A stretch of 64,000 nucleotides of DNA, taken from the NCBI RefSeq assembly GCF_964355755.1, contig NC_092672.1, positions 26,480,437-26,544,436 of the forward strand, in the 5' to 3' direction. Positions 25,301 to 39,064 of this stretch are shown one piece after another. The translations under genes and the position numbers were made by a program. Source of the DNA: Antedon mediterranea. Lineage: Eukaryota; Animalia; Echinodermata. Position 1 is the first letter of the stretch. The number at the start of each line of letters is the position of its first letter. The notes below the pieces were generated by a model that made no database searches, was not told where the DNA came from, and saw only the letters and a list, made by a program, of their open reading frames with translations.

Positions 25301-28300
25301 GTTAGCCCTTTTTGAAGTATTTTGTTCCTTTTTTTTGCCACTAGTATATGGAGGATTAGTTGTGGACAACTGTCCATTTGTGGAGGTAGATTTAGATTTA
25401 AAGGAGGTTTGCGCAGCTTTTTGTTGTTGTTTGCGCTGTGAAATCAGTAATTTTCCCAAAAATTGAAGTTTTTCACCAAAAAAAAGGCAAACTTAAAGGA
25501 ATTTTAAATTTGTTTCCCCATAAATTGTCTTCCTATATAGTTCTAGTTGTGTTCTATCAATATTAATTGATTTAAAGGAGGTTTGCGCAGCTTTTTGTTG
25601 TTGTTTGCGCTGTGAAATCAGTAATTTTCCCAAAAATTGAAGTTTTTCACCCCAAAAAAAAGGCAAACTTAAAGGAATTTCAAATTTGTTTCCCCATAAA
25701 TTGTCTCCCTATATAGTTCTAGTTGTGTTCTAATAAATATTAATTGATTTAAAGGAGGTTTGCGCAGCTTTTTGTTGTTGTTTGCGCTGTGAAATCAGTA
25801 ATTTTCCCAAAAATTGAAGTTTTTCACCCCAAAAAAAAGGCAAACTTAAAGGAATTTCAAATTTGTTTCCCCATAAATTGTCTCCCTATATAGTTCTAGT
25901 TGTGTTCTATCAATATTAATTGATTTAAAGGAGTTTTGCGCAGCTTTTTGTTGTTGTTTGCGCAGCTTTTTGTTGTTGTTTGCGCTGTGAAATCAGTAAT
26001 TTTCCCAAAAATTGAAGTTTTTCACACAAAAAAAGGCAAACTTAAAGGAATTTCAAATTTGTTTCCCCATAAATTGTCTCCCTATATAGGTCTAGTTGTG
26101 TTCTGATAAATATTAATTGGTTTGAAGGAGGTTTGCACAGCTTTTTGTTGTTGTTTGCGCTGTGAAATCAGTAATTTTCCCAAAAATGTAAGTTTTTAAC
26201 CCAAAAAAAAGGCAAACTTAAAGGAATTTCAAATTTTTTTTCTCATAAATTGTCTCCCTATATAGTTCTAGTTGTGTTCTAATAAATATTAATTGGTTTT
26301 AAGGAGGTTTGCGCAGCTTTTTGTTGTTGTTTGCGCTGTGAAATCAGTAATTTTCCCAAAAATTGAAGTTTTTCACCAAAAAAAAGGCAAACTTAAAGGA
26401 ATTTTAAATTTGTTTCCCCATAAATTGTCTCCCTATATAGTTCTAGTTGTGTTCTATCAATATTAATTGATTTAAAGGAGGTTTGCGCAGCTTTTTGTTG
26501 TTGTTTGCGCTGTGAAATCAGTAATTTTCCCAAAAATTGAAGTTTTTCACCCCAAAAAAAAGGCAAACTTAAAGGAATTTCAAATTTGTTTCCCCATAAA
26601 TTGTCTCCCTATATAGTTCTAGTTGTGTTCTAATAAATATTAATTGATTTAAAGGAGGTTTGCGCAGCTTTTTGTTGTTGTTTGCGCTGTGAAATCAGTA
26701 ATTTTCCCAAAAATTGAAGTTTTTCACCCCAAAAAAAAGGCAAACTTAAAGGAATTTCAAATTTGTTTCCCCATAAATTGTCTCCCTATATAGTTCTAGT
26801 TGTGTTCTATCAATATTAATTGATTTAAAGGAGGTTTGCGCAGCTTTTTGTTGTTGTTTGCGCAGCTTTTTGTTGTTGTTTGCGCTGTGAAATCAGTAAT
26901 TTTCCCAAAAATTGAAGTTTTTCACACAAAAAAAGGCAAACTTAAAGGAATTTCAAATTTGTTTCCCCATAAATTGTCTCCCTATATAGGTCTAGTTGTG
27001 TTCTGATAAATATTAATTGGTTTGAAGGAGGTTTGCACAGCTTTTTGTTGTTGTTTGCGCTGTGAAATCAGTAATTTTCCCAAAAATGTAAGTTTTTAAC
27101 CCAAAAAAAAGGCAAACTTAAAGGAATTTCAAATTTTTTTTCTCATAAATTGTCTCCCTATATAGTTCTAGTTGTGTTCTAATAAATATTAATTGGTTTT
27201 AAGGAGGTTTGCGCAGCTTTTTTTGTTGTTTGCGCTGTGAAATCAGTAATTTTCCCAAAAATTGAAGTTTTTAACCCAAAAAAAAGGCAAACTTAAAGAA
27301 ATTTCAAATTTTTTTTCTCATAAATTGTCTCCCTATATAGTTCTAGTTGTGTTCTAATAAATATTAATTGGTTTGAAGGAGGTTTGCGCAGCTTTTTTTG
27401 TTGTTTGCGCTGTGAAATCAGTAATTTTCCCAAAAATTGAAGTTTTTCACCAAAAAAAAGGCAAACTTAAAGGAATTTCAAATTTGTTTCCCCATAAATT
27501 GTCTCCCTATATAGTTCTAGTTGTGTTCTATCAATATTAATTGATTTAAAGGAGGTTTACGCAGCTTTTTGTTGTTGTTTGCGCTGTGAAATCAGTAATT
27601 TTCCCAAAAAATGTAAGTTTTTAACCCCCAAAAAAGGCAAACTTAAAGGAATTTCATATTTTTTTTCTCATAAATTGTCTCCCTATATAGTTCTAGTTGT
27701 GTTCTAATAAATATTAATTGGTTTGAAGGAGGTTTGCGCAGCTTTTTTTGTTTGCGCTGTGAAATCAGTAATTTTCCCAAAAATTGAAGTTTTTCACCAA
27801 AAAAAAGGTAAACTTAAAGGAATTTCAAATTTGTTTTCCCATAAATTGTCTCCCTATATAGGTCTAGTTGTGTTTTAATCATTGTTAATTGATTTAAAGG
27901 AGGTTTGCGCAGCTTTTTTTTTTTTGAGCTGTGAAATCAGTAATTTTCCCAAAATTGAAGTTTTTCACCCAAAAAAAAAGGCAAACTTAAAGGAATTTCA
28001 AATGTGTTTCCCCATAAATTGTCTCCCTATATAGGTCTAGTTGTGTTTTAATCAATATTAATTGATTTAAAGGAGGTTTGCGCAGCTTTTTGTTGTTGTT
28101 TGCGCTGTGAAATCAGTAATTTTCCCAAAAATTGAAGTTTTTAACCCAAAAAAAGGCAAACTTAAAGGAATTTCAAATTTTTTTTCTCATAAATTGTCTC
28201 CCTATATAGTTCTAGTTGTGTTCTAATAAATATTAATTGGTTTGAAGGAGGTTTGCGCAGCTTTTGTTGTTGTTTGCGCAGTGTTTGCGCAGTTTGCGCA

Positions 28301-31300
28301 GTTTAGCAATACCCGAAATAACTGGATGTTCCCGTCCCGTTTTGTTATGCTTCAATGCGTAATCAGGCATTATACTATATAATCAGACATTTTATATATT
28401 AGGATCAATCTCCCACTGGATTATATTTATCCCAGTGTGTTAAAATTATCCCACCGAGATATAACATTATCTATTCCAATGGGGATTTTTCACTCATCCT
28501 ATATAATCCCACTGTGTGTTAATATAAAATCCAATAGGATGAGTTTATTTTGAAATCTGCATCAAGCAGTAAGTGCAGTGTTGTAGGTTGATGGTACAGT
28601 GGCACATCATTTTATTTTAACTGTAAATATGAACAGTGTTGACATAGTGAATTGTGGTGACATAGCGAATTGTGGTGACATAGTGAATTGTGGTATCGGT
28701 AATGATAGTGCTGATGGTTATTCTAGAAATGTTTGGTTCATTTTTGGTAAACATGCACATTATTACCTATACAATACTGTACCTGTATATGGTGATGGTA
28801 TCATTAAACCATTCATATTTGCTGAGTTTTTATACCACTTATATTCACTATTAATAGTTAATTCCACATTTATTTAATTTGTTGTTTTATGCAAACTAAT
28901 TTAAGGTTCTTTTTGATTGAAATTTATATTTATACTGGGTAACCTCTTCAGTCAAAGACTGGTCTCCCAGAGGGCCCAGTTGGTGATCAGTGGCTGTGAT
29001 GTACTAATACACCGGGGTAACCCCCTACTCGTCTCGAAAGATGTACTAGGTTCTTTAAAGTGCACACGAGCTAGATGTGTACACTGGACCTACGGTTTAT
29101 AGTCCTTATCCGAGAAGACTCGTTCTACCACCAGAACCATGGAGTGAGTGAGCCTCGAACCCCTGCCGATGTTATGGCTACGTAATTACGGTTCCACTGT
29201 CTTAACCGCTCGGCCACTCACTCAAACAATATTTCATATAATATGTTTTTAAATAATCACTAGTAACCAAAACTTAGTTTTACTTTCAGCAGCATTGGGT
29301 TTTCCAAAATGAAATTTCGAAAACAATGATTATTCATACACTGTATTCTTTAATATGCAAATTGGGTTGTAAGATGGGCTTATAACTGAAAACTAAAATG
29401 CATTGAGTTGAGGGTTATACTTTAGGGTGGGCTTATATCTGAGGAAGACCAAAATGAATTTGGTTGAGGGTTATACTTTAGAGTGGGCTTCTGAGGACCA
29501 AAATCTGAAAATCACAATATAAATTGTTTATGAGATGATGGGCTACTGTATACTCTGGCTTACAATATTTCTCTTTCTGTTATACAGTATACTACAGGAT
29601 AGCATTTAGCTCAGTGAACCATTCACACTTTAATTAATTGGGGTGATTTTGCACTAAGAATTTTTATTTCTAAACTTGGGTTTTATTCACAGCTCTAGAT
29701 GTGTATTTCATATTGACATCAAAATGTAATGATTAGATTCATGTATCTACCACTCGCTAATCCGTGTCCATTTTTCTTTTTGGCATGTCATACTTTGAAT
29801 AATAGATTTACCATTAAGGTCCATTATTTCATTTTTTAGATCCACAGTGTAGTTTACATTGCTTTTACATTTGTGTACATTGAATTCATCTTTATTTTAG
29901 GTCCTTTATACCCTCCACCTCCTCCAGTTAAAACATCACAACGTCATGATCAGCTTAGATCACGGCCGACTGGGCCAGGTATGAATGAGGTACAAAGTTA
30001 CCACAAAAACGTGCAACTCGGCATGTTGTGAGCATGTTCAGTACTTGTTTATGGAGCATGTATCATTAAAATTTGATTTCATAGTTTTCCGATTGTAAAG
30101 TTATGTATGTGATTACATGTTTCATTTATTTTATGTTTACTAATAATGTTTGATGTTCATAATTATATTTATAGTTTTCATTGTTCAATCCTTTGATCAT
30201 AAAAGATATTTAATAAGAATCTATATAATACTTACTTATATATATAAACACAGCAGGCAAAGAACTTAATTCTAACCCGCCCGGTGATATACTGAAAATT
30301 AATTATTAATTTGAAACGATAAAGATGAGAAAATCTGTGAGAATGAGAAAATGTCGCCCCAACCGAGACTCGAACTCGGACCGTCTGCTTGATATGCAGT
30401 TTCCCTAACCATTAGACTGGGGCTTTCATGGTATTGTTCAAATTCGATTGGATAGCGACTCTTTAACATTCTCGGCTATTAAGGCGGAACAGCACTAGTC
30501 CTCAGTTGTACGCACGCGCAACAGAGATCAAATTGATACGCCCTCGTCTTTCAGTATTTTTATTCACGAGGCTTACTTATTACTTATATTTATATAAACC
30601 CTTTAAAGTACATGTGTGTTGGAGTAAGTGACTCATAAATTTACATTGGACCTGAAAGATGGGAGGCTTCCTGGTGGTTGGGTCATCGATTGGTCATTTT
30701 TTTGAAGCTGTACAATTTTTGTGGCAGGAGTGGCAAAAGTGGGGATGACTGTAACTGTCATTAGGGGTGCCACATCAACACTTGATGTTTAAAGATAAGT
30801 CAGCACAATCCCAATGTAATTTTTAAAATATTATCATAGCTGTTATATCTTGAACAGCTGATAGCAATGTGGTACCTTATACAACACACCGAAAGTTAAC
30901 ACAGTGTATATAGTGTAAAAATATACACTTCTGTACTACTTTAATATAGCCACACCTGTGTTTCATGGGTTACATAGGCCATAGAAACTGGTTTGAAGTA
31001 TAGGATTCAAATTCAAAGAACTTGATATCATATCATATACAGATGGTTTCATTTTACACTGTCATAAATCAATGTTCCTGTTTACAGTATAATGTGTCTT
31101 GGTGTCCTTCATCCCAGCAGTTGGAAAATGTTCTATTTAAATAGCCATTAAACTAAAAAATTAATTTGAAATATAAATATTTTACCAAAGAAACATTACA
31201 TGTATGGTGGAATCTGAAAAAAAAATAAAAATTGGCTATGTTGTGCCTAGCTTACCTGGATGAACCAATAAAAGCAAGATATATATCACCCCCCTCCATA

Positions 31301-34300
31301 ATTGGTACAGTCCACAAAGCAAATGTTAAAATGTGATTTTGTAAACGTGACCGCTCCCTCGCCCACAATTTCTGGTTTTTCATAAAAAAGAATTTGTTTC
31401 TTTAGTTTTGCTGTTTAAGAAGTGTGGTTTTGAAGAGTTGTATATAATAAGTAATAATAATTGTTGCATGAACTCATATTTTTTATCAAAAACTGTATTT
31501 TTTATACTTTTTACAATACAATTTTATATGATTTTTATTTACTGTTAAATGTTTTCATAGCATGTGTTATTATTAATCGGTTGACGAACATATTTTTTTA
31601 ATGAACTTTAACATTTTGTTTGTGAGTTGATGTTGTTTATTATTCAAATTCCATTTCACTATGTAAGATATTATGTATTTCATTGGTGTCAAATGTCAAT
31701 TGCATTTCAAGTTTACTAATACTCTTTTTTTTTTATATAAAAAAATAAACTTACTCTATTGTAATAAATACTATATATTCAATATCAAAAGTATATACAT
31801 CAGTAATTATTTTTTTCTAAATAATTTTGTTTTTATGTGTGTAAAATATGTTTATTAATTATTTAATTTTCTAGGTTTATCGAGCTATGCACCAGTAGCC
31901 TACTCTGTCCCTGACGATGACTTGCCACCACCTCCTCCACCTCCAGCAAATTACCAGGGAGGAGGTCAAGTTGATGATCTTCCCCCACCACCACCTCCAG
32001 AACCAGGCTACTACAACCCACCTCCACCACCACAAAATGCTCCATACAACGAAAGACACCCTCGCGCACGCGTTGGACAAATTCCGCAGTCTGCCCCTGA
32101 GCCAACTACTTCCCATGAGCCAGGTCGTCCTCCGTCCCAAACACAGCAGTATGCTCCTCGTAGAGGCCCACAGGTGCCTCGCCCTCAAGAACCAACAGCT
32201 CCTGAAGGGGCCCAACGTGCCAAAACATCTGAATGGGCTTACTTCTTGCCACAGCCATCTGATCAGCCAATATCAAATCCAGATAGAACCGGTTCCGAAG
32301 CAAAAGTTGATCACCTGACTAACCTGTTGGTTCAGAATATGGACAGTCGACCTGATGAAGGAGAATACTTTGGTTAGTTAGAATTTTCTGCCATTTCTTA
32401 TTTATATCCAAAAAGAGTACATGAATGCCTTTATGACTGAACTGAATTTGGTAGGAAAATTAACCATGATTGACGCCGGCTAAATTTACAAAAAAAAAGT
32501 TTGCTTGCGTACACTTGGTAAATTTGGTCAGTGGAACTTACCATGGTCTCGGTAAAACTAACCATGCTATTAAAATCCAATGCCATTGTTAAATCCAGGT
32601 AAAGCCATGGTAATACTAACCATGTGAATGAATGGTCAAAAGTACTCATGGCCGTAAAGTTAGTATTGGTAAATATAACATTTTCCACATCGAGTATGGA
32701 CAAGGCTAAAGACTAATATGGTTAAATGATATTAAAGTCAAAGTTGCTATAATTAATATCAGTTGTCTTGATAAATCATTTCCATAGTTCAGTAAAGAGA
32801 AAATTACAGTATTGACGCATCATGACAGTCAATTTGCACGTATGCAGTCATTTTTTAGCATAGAAATTATGGTTTTCAAACTTGATACAACCGTAAATTG
32901 GGATTTTACAATCGTTTATCACAGAATTTGGGAACCCTGTAGACTGTGGCTACTGATGATTGTTATAAGGCATTAAGCTGGGATAAGGCATTATAACAAA
33001 ACATTTGTTAGATAGTCCCCGTTATATTTATATTTTAGGCAAGCCAAGGTTTATGAGCATTGTAATTTCCATTATTATTTTGGACAATAAATGAATCTGT
33101 ATCTGTATCTGTATAAAAAGCATAACTTTTAATCATACAAATGAATATTTGTGGTGCCATTTGATTTTGTTACCCTTCATTTACAATTGACCTGAATCAC
33201 TGGACACTTAATGTTGCCTGCTTGCAAGTGTGATATAAATAGCTGAAAAATTGTCAGACACTAGATCCAAACAGCCCCAAGTGGTTTAATATCTTTATTG
33301 AATTTTATAGAAATAAAAAAAAACCTGGGCAACTGACCTAACATGTTGCCAGAGCATCTAAATATATTTTCTCTTCTACAATTTAAAATTATTTAATAGT
33401 TTTGGGCACAAAAATTGTGTAAAAACAAAATAAGTAAACATTCTACCACTTATTCCAAACCATATTTAGGAGGCAATTGTTTAAATGTCTGTGGATATGA
33501 GAAACATAAGCCATGACAGATGAGTTTGTAAAATATCCCAGAGTAAAATGTTACCAGAATGAACGCTATGTTGATGATGGCCAGTAAAATTGAATTTGGT
33601 CAAGTAGTCGATCTACAGTAACTGGTCCAATGGTCAGTTGGAAATAACCTCAAAGACCACATGCTAGTAATATCATAGCAGTAGTCAGAGATAGAATATA
33701 TACAAAGCAATTTACTGAATCTGTAAAGTATTTAATTTAAAGGTCATATGACATTTGTAATGTCAGAAACTGCATTATAGTTTACTGGCTAGTGTTAATA
33801 TCATAATACTTTAGTGTGTGTTTACCATCTTGATATTACAACTGTGTTGTCTCTTCTTCAACGGACCTGCAGCAGCTGCTAAGCTTACCACCTTAATATT
33901 ACAACTGTGTCGCCGCCTCTTCACCAGGCCTGCAGCAGCTGCTAAACTCACTTACAGGTTTTCAGTTTCACTTGCCTGAAGCTTTGTTTCCACTTGAAGT
34001 TGATTAAATTTCTTCACAGGAATAGATCACTAAATTAGTATAATGAGTAAGGAACGCTAGCATATTTTGTGTGTACTTACCCGGATAAACAAATCCATGC
34101 CATTGTTCATGTCACTGATTGTTACTCTTTTTATAATAGTTCTTTTATTTTTTTAAACAGGCCTTTGTTCGAAATGCGGCTTAAAAGTTGTAGGAGAAGA
34201 TTCCGGATGCACAGCCATGGATCGTGTGTTCCACGTGGCATGCTTTACATGTGCTACCTGCCAGAAAAAGTTACGAGGACAGCCATTCTATGCCATGGAA

Positions 34301-37300
34301 TCTAAAGCCTTCTGTGAGAACTGTTATGTAGTAAGTGCTTATTAGTAGTATAGTGCTCTATAATATTCTGGTATCTCCAGATGTAAGTCTTACATTTCCA
34401 AAAGCTAATGTTCTGAATACCAAAAATTAATGGTAAAAATGTCAAGAAATGATTACCAAATCATTAAAATGCATTCTGAAATAAAATTGAGTCCCATGGT
34501 TCAATGTTTTGTTTTAAGGATTGATTTTAGAACTTTATTTTAATTTATCATTAAAAACTGGTCTAAAATTTACCAGAAAACCAAAGGGTCTTTTATTAAT
34601 GTGAGATTTATAGTCTGTACCATAGGGAATCAAGAATTAACAATAGTAAATTGAGTTGACTGTTAGTATTTATACCATGTGTATTTTATTATTCTTCTCT
34701 ACTTTGTGTTCATATGAAAAATGCATAAACATTTCCCATGTAAAAAAGTATACATTTTATGCATCTCATTTAGTAAGAAACAACGTGTAATACATTTAAT
34801 ACATGTCACAAAGTTTATTTTAGATGGAAAAATAGCTACTCAAACACATATTTTAAGCCTACACATCACACACACCAGCATTGTGTGTCAAATTAGCATT
34901 AAAGCAAAATGTTTGTCATTCAGACCTGTAAAACCAGCCGAAAATGAAAAAGCTATCTCTCTAATATTACGGTGCCCTTTGAAATTTGTTTTTGAAAAAG
35001 TCATAAACATATTTAAAGACAAATTAATCTAATTTCTACAAGTTTTCATTAACAAAATGTTAAGCTGATTCAAGCTGTCACAATATTTAGTATGGCTCAG
35101 GCACAAATCTGACGAAACAACTCTAGTAACAATTATTAGTAATAATTATCTGTTAAAATGTTCAAGTCATTTTTTAATTGATTGTTATACATATACTGCA
35201 TATCTTTTTTCTTGATTTCAGTCATCCCTTGAGAAGTGCGCTACTTGCTCCAAGCCAATCACAGAGAGGGTAGGTTTATGTTATAGATACATACTGTACT
35301 ATACGATAAAGATACACCAAGATTTATAGAGAATGAGTGATTTAACCATATTAAATACTGGGTGCCTTGTACCATATTAAATACTGGGTGCCTTGTACCA
35401 TATTAAATACTGGGTGCCTTGTACCATATTAAATACTGGGTGCCTTGTACCATATTAAATACTGGGTGCCTTGTAGCATATTAAATACAGGGTGCCTTGT
35501 ACCATATTAAATACTGGGTGCCTTGTACCATATTAAATACTGGCTGCAATTCAAATGAATATATATACTACCAGTAACCCTTGCTCCGCACGGTCTTTTT
35601 CTGCCTTAATATGTTGTTATATACTTTGCATGGACAAGTATAATAACAGCGCACTTTGATAAAAGTACTTTGACAAATTATTTAAATAAAAACAAATTGT
35701 ATCACGAATAAAATTCGGAACTACTGTATTTACGGCCATTGGTTTGTTATACACTATTCCTTCACTTCAATATATGTAGGCTAAAAAATTAAAGCAATAT
35801 TACAGTGGAAACACGAATTAAGTTTATTTATATTTTCCCGGCCACAATATTTCCTTTCGTACATAAGTTGGGGACCCCTCATGAGACGTCACAAAATATG
35901 AATGAATATTCATTAATCATGTCCATAAGCTACGTTAGAAATTCGCAAATATTACAAAGGTTTTCTTTCGAGCTGTTTGTGTAGTTGAGTGTATTAGGCT
36001 ATGGACTTTACATGTCGATGTATGGGGTTCGAATCCGATGAGCAAGTTCTTTTTACTTTATAGTGAGAGAGAGATTATTTAGAGGGTAGGTTTAGTTATA
36101 TTTAGGAACTTGACTATCTTTCACATAAGGGCCCCAACTTCTGCATGAAAAAAAAAATGGCTTCCCGGCTCCTGACAAATTGTTTTTTTTTAAAAATTGT
36201 CAACAATACCAAGGTGTGTATGTGTGACACATAGGCTATTTGGATTTGTTTTTTGTGTGTTTTTTTTTTTTTTTGTTATACATTTTTTTTCATGTGTGAT
36301 TTTTTTTTTTCAATTTTTTTGTGTGTATTTTTTTGTATCTTTTTTGCTAGTTTTGTAATTACATTACATTGTGGTTTAGTTTTTATTTTTAGCTTTAAAA
36401 AGTGATACTTAATTATTACACATGTCGCGGATTGACCTCAAACCTAATAAGCATAACTGAGCCAAACCGTGATTTACAAAATACATTCTGTTCCAAGGAT
36501 AGGCGTAATTAATTAAAACTTCAACTAAAGACTGTTTATTTAGCGGTCCGGCATAGTATTTGTAGATACGGCCATGGCGGTACACAACAGAGGAGGTTGC
36601 TAAGTTTATACACAGTGACGTAACATGGTGGCTGAGACGTCAAATTACCGTTGTTTTTTGCCTTTTTTTAGTGTTTATCCTTAAAATTCAGGAAATTGAC
36701 ATAGCCTATCGTGTGCGGCCCCTCAATAAACATCAGTGTGCCAAATGTGAGCACGTATTTTTCAGTGGTTTTGGAGGAGATACGTAAAATTACACAAAAA
36801 ATTTAGTAGCATTAATATAATACTAGATAAATCACTATGCTAACAATTATAAATTGAAAAGTAATCGCAACACAAATACTTTTAATTCAACCCCACAAAA
36901 TAATTGCTTTAATTTCTTTTCTCAGATCCTGCGAGCGACCGGCAAACCTTATCACCCTGCTTGCTTCACTTGCGTTGTTTGCGGTGACAGTCTTGATGGT
37001 GTTCCATTTACCGTTGATGCAACCAATCAGATACACTGTATCAAAGATTTCCACAAGTAAGTGAAATAAAAGACAAATTTTGATTGGCTGGTGGTACTGA
37101 TTTATAGTATTATGTCATAATGTCATAAAATGTTTTTTCTTTTCAATTTTTTTGAAGATATTAAATGTATTGCCCATTGAAAAAAGACCAAATAATGAAT
37201 TTGACTTTTTGTGTTTAATAATTTTCAACTAATTAAAAAAATGGTTTTTTTTTTAAAGTTGTCATTAACATATCCCTCAAATTAAATTAAGACGATAGTA

Positions 37301-39049
37301 AAAAAATTAATTTCTAAATTAAAAAATATTTATGTAACAATATTATCTATTTTCTTTTTGGTAGAAAGGTTTTATGGGAGAAATTATAATAACTATATTT
37401 AAAAAATAAATAATTATTTTGGAATTTAATTAAAATTTAATTGATGTATTTCTGATAACAAAACTTGATATAGGTCACATAATGACCTAGATTACAGTAT
37501 GTCTTTAATTGGACTGGCTACCAATCATTTGGTGATTTACATGATAGGTATGCTGGCCTTGTACATACTATATGATATTTGATATGTACAGTATACTAGC
37601 AAATACTAGATACTAGATACTAGAAAAGGGATGGATGAAAAATCCATGATTGCAATTAGTTCTGATAATTGGGTCGTTTTGTAACATCAATTTATTTTTA
37701 CTAGTAATAATTACCATTATTTACTGAAACATTGCACAATACCTCTTTAATAAACAAAATGCTTGCTATTTTATTACTGTATTTGACTAATGTTTTGTCC
37801 AATAGAGGGAAATGACAACCAGATACCTAAAATATATTGGGTATCAAATCATAACGAACTGTTTGAGGGCGCTAATTTCCCTATGCTTTTACACAGTGCC
37901 TTAATTATTATGTTTTATTTACAGTGTACATCAATATTATTGTAAATAAGGCTATATATATAATCTTATTTATGACAGTATAATACAAACTTTAAAAAAA
38001 AAAACTGGCCTGACTTGAATAAAAAGTATATAAAAATACAAATCATTAAAATATCATAAAATGGGAAAAGAAACTAAGAATAGAAACATTCACCTGGCAA
38101 AAGTTAATAACAGTTACACATAACAGCCTTTTTGTAGAACAGTCAGTTTGTTTTCATCTAGGAAGGGTGAACCATTGACTTGCTAGCCTAGAATTCAGTT
38201 CTCTATGCCAACAAGCGGACCTTTGAAGTTATTCAGTTACTTCAAAATAACAACATTTATCTTTCTTTGTTTAGCAACAAACAATTATATTTGTTAAAAA
38301 CTTTGTATCTTTTAGGAAATTTGCTCCGCGATGTTCCGTTTGCTTACAGCCCATAATGCCAGAACAAGGACAAGAGGAGACGGTACGCATTGTTGCTCTG
38401 GATCGCAGTTTCCATGTTGGTTGTTACCGCTGTGAAGTAAGTTTTATTTTGCACATGTTTCCAAAAAGAAATAAATCATCTTTGTTATGCTACTGTAACT
38501 GTCTTTTTTTTTGTACAGAAAACCTGACTTTACCTATATTAATCAATTTTATATTTAAATTTACATATACTTAATTTTGCACTACTATCCAACGCCAATT
38601 TTGAAGGGTTTTTGGCTGTGTCTCTGCAGCCGTAGCCATTTTTTGTTAATAAAATCAGATAATTACTAAAAAATCAAGTGCGCATTTACTACAATGCAAC
38701 AATTTTCCCTTCAGGTTAAAGGTGAAAATGATCTCATTTGATATTTGATAATTAGATTATCTCGAGTAGAATCTCCACAGAAACTATTGCCTGCAGAAAT
38801 AAGGCCTTAGTATGGGTTTGCCAGGCATGATTTATGAACTCTCTGTATGTCCACTGCATTTTTGTACTCTAAATATTAGTACTATATTATTCAATAGATT
38901 GACAATATGATCACATGTTTTCATTTTTTCAGGACTGTGGATTACAGCTATCATCAGAGGTTGACGGACAAGGTTGTTATCCATTAGACGATCACGTCTT
39001 GTGCCGTGAATGCAACGGAAAGAGAGTACAAAGTCTTACAGCAATGTAA
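22325..39049 (+). CDS. LPP: Zyxin/LPP/TRIP6-family LIM protein (lipoma-preferred partner homolog); 9 coding exons, 470 aa
   Basis: Exons 22325-22538, 23507-23542, 29901-29978, 31875-32372, 34161-34330, 35222-35269, 36926-37056, 38316-38436, 38933-39049. All introns GT-AG with matching phases; 1413 nt. N-terminal [12 protein letters not shown] (zyxin/LPP alpha-actinin-binding motif), DDLPPPP EVH1-ligand repeats, pre-[15 protein letters not shown]...EYFG, three LIM domains (CSKC...FHVACFTC; CATC...YHPACFTC; CSVC...FHVGCYRC...[13 protein letters not shown]). Confidence 0.95.
24045..28314. mobile_element. Non-autonomous foldback-type DNA transposon with arms made of ~180-bp satellite units
   Basis: Termini GGGTATTGCTAAACTGCGCAAACTGCGCAAA / TTTGCGCAGTTTGCGCAGTTTAGCAATACCC. 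8-bp TSD GAAATAAC (24037-24044, 28315-28322). Left arm about 5-6 units; right arm about 16 units in opposite orientation; ~260-bp unique centre. Confidence 0.9.
28926..29223 (-). mobile_element. tRNA-derived SINE with Deu/Nin-like domain (copy 2)
   Basis: Near-identical to 536-841 apart from a few substitutions and small indels. Confidence 0.8.
30356..30423 (-). pseudogene. tRNA-like sequence (pseudo-tRNA or tRNA-derived repeat head) inside a ~340-bp insertion
   Basis: Minus strand GCCCCAGTCTAATGGTTAGGGAAA-CTGC ATATCAA GCAG-ACGGT-CCGAG TTCGAGT CTCGG-TTGGGGC. Perfect T arm and a 4-bp anticodon stem, but a truncated acceptor/D junction. Flanked by similar TTACTTATAT..TATAAAC sequences at ~30232 and ~30580. 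Confidence 0.5.
35345..35543. repeat. ~26-bp minisatellite
   Basis: Unit ACCATATTAAATACTGGGTGCCTTGT, about 7.5 copies. Confidence 0.95.
35568..36827 (-). mobile_element. Non-autonomous Helitron
   Basis: Minus strand begins A|TCTAGTATTATATTAATG and ends CCGTGCGGAGCAAGGGTTACTGGTAG|T. This gives a 5'-TC start, a subterminal hairpin, a CTAG-like end, an A|T target and no TSD. Confidence 0.75.
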
Positions 39050-39064
39050 ATTTAAAAGAAAAAC

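Noticed and set aside
31863-32318. Overlapping alternative-frame and antisense ORFs on the proline-rich LPP exon
   Set aside because: Expected by-product of CCA/CCT-rich codons; no independent coding signal.
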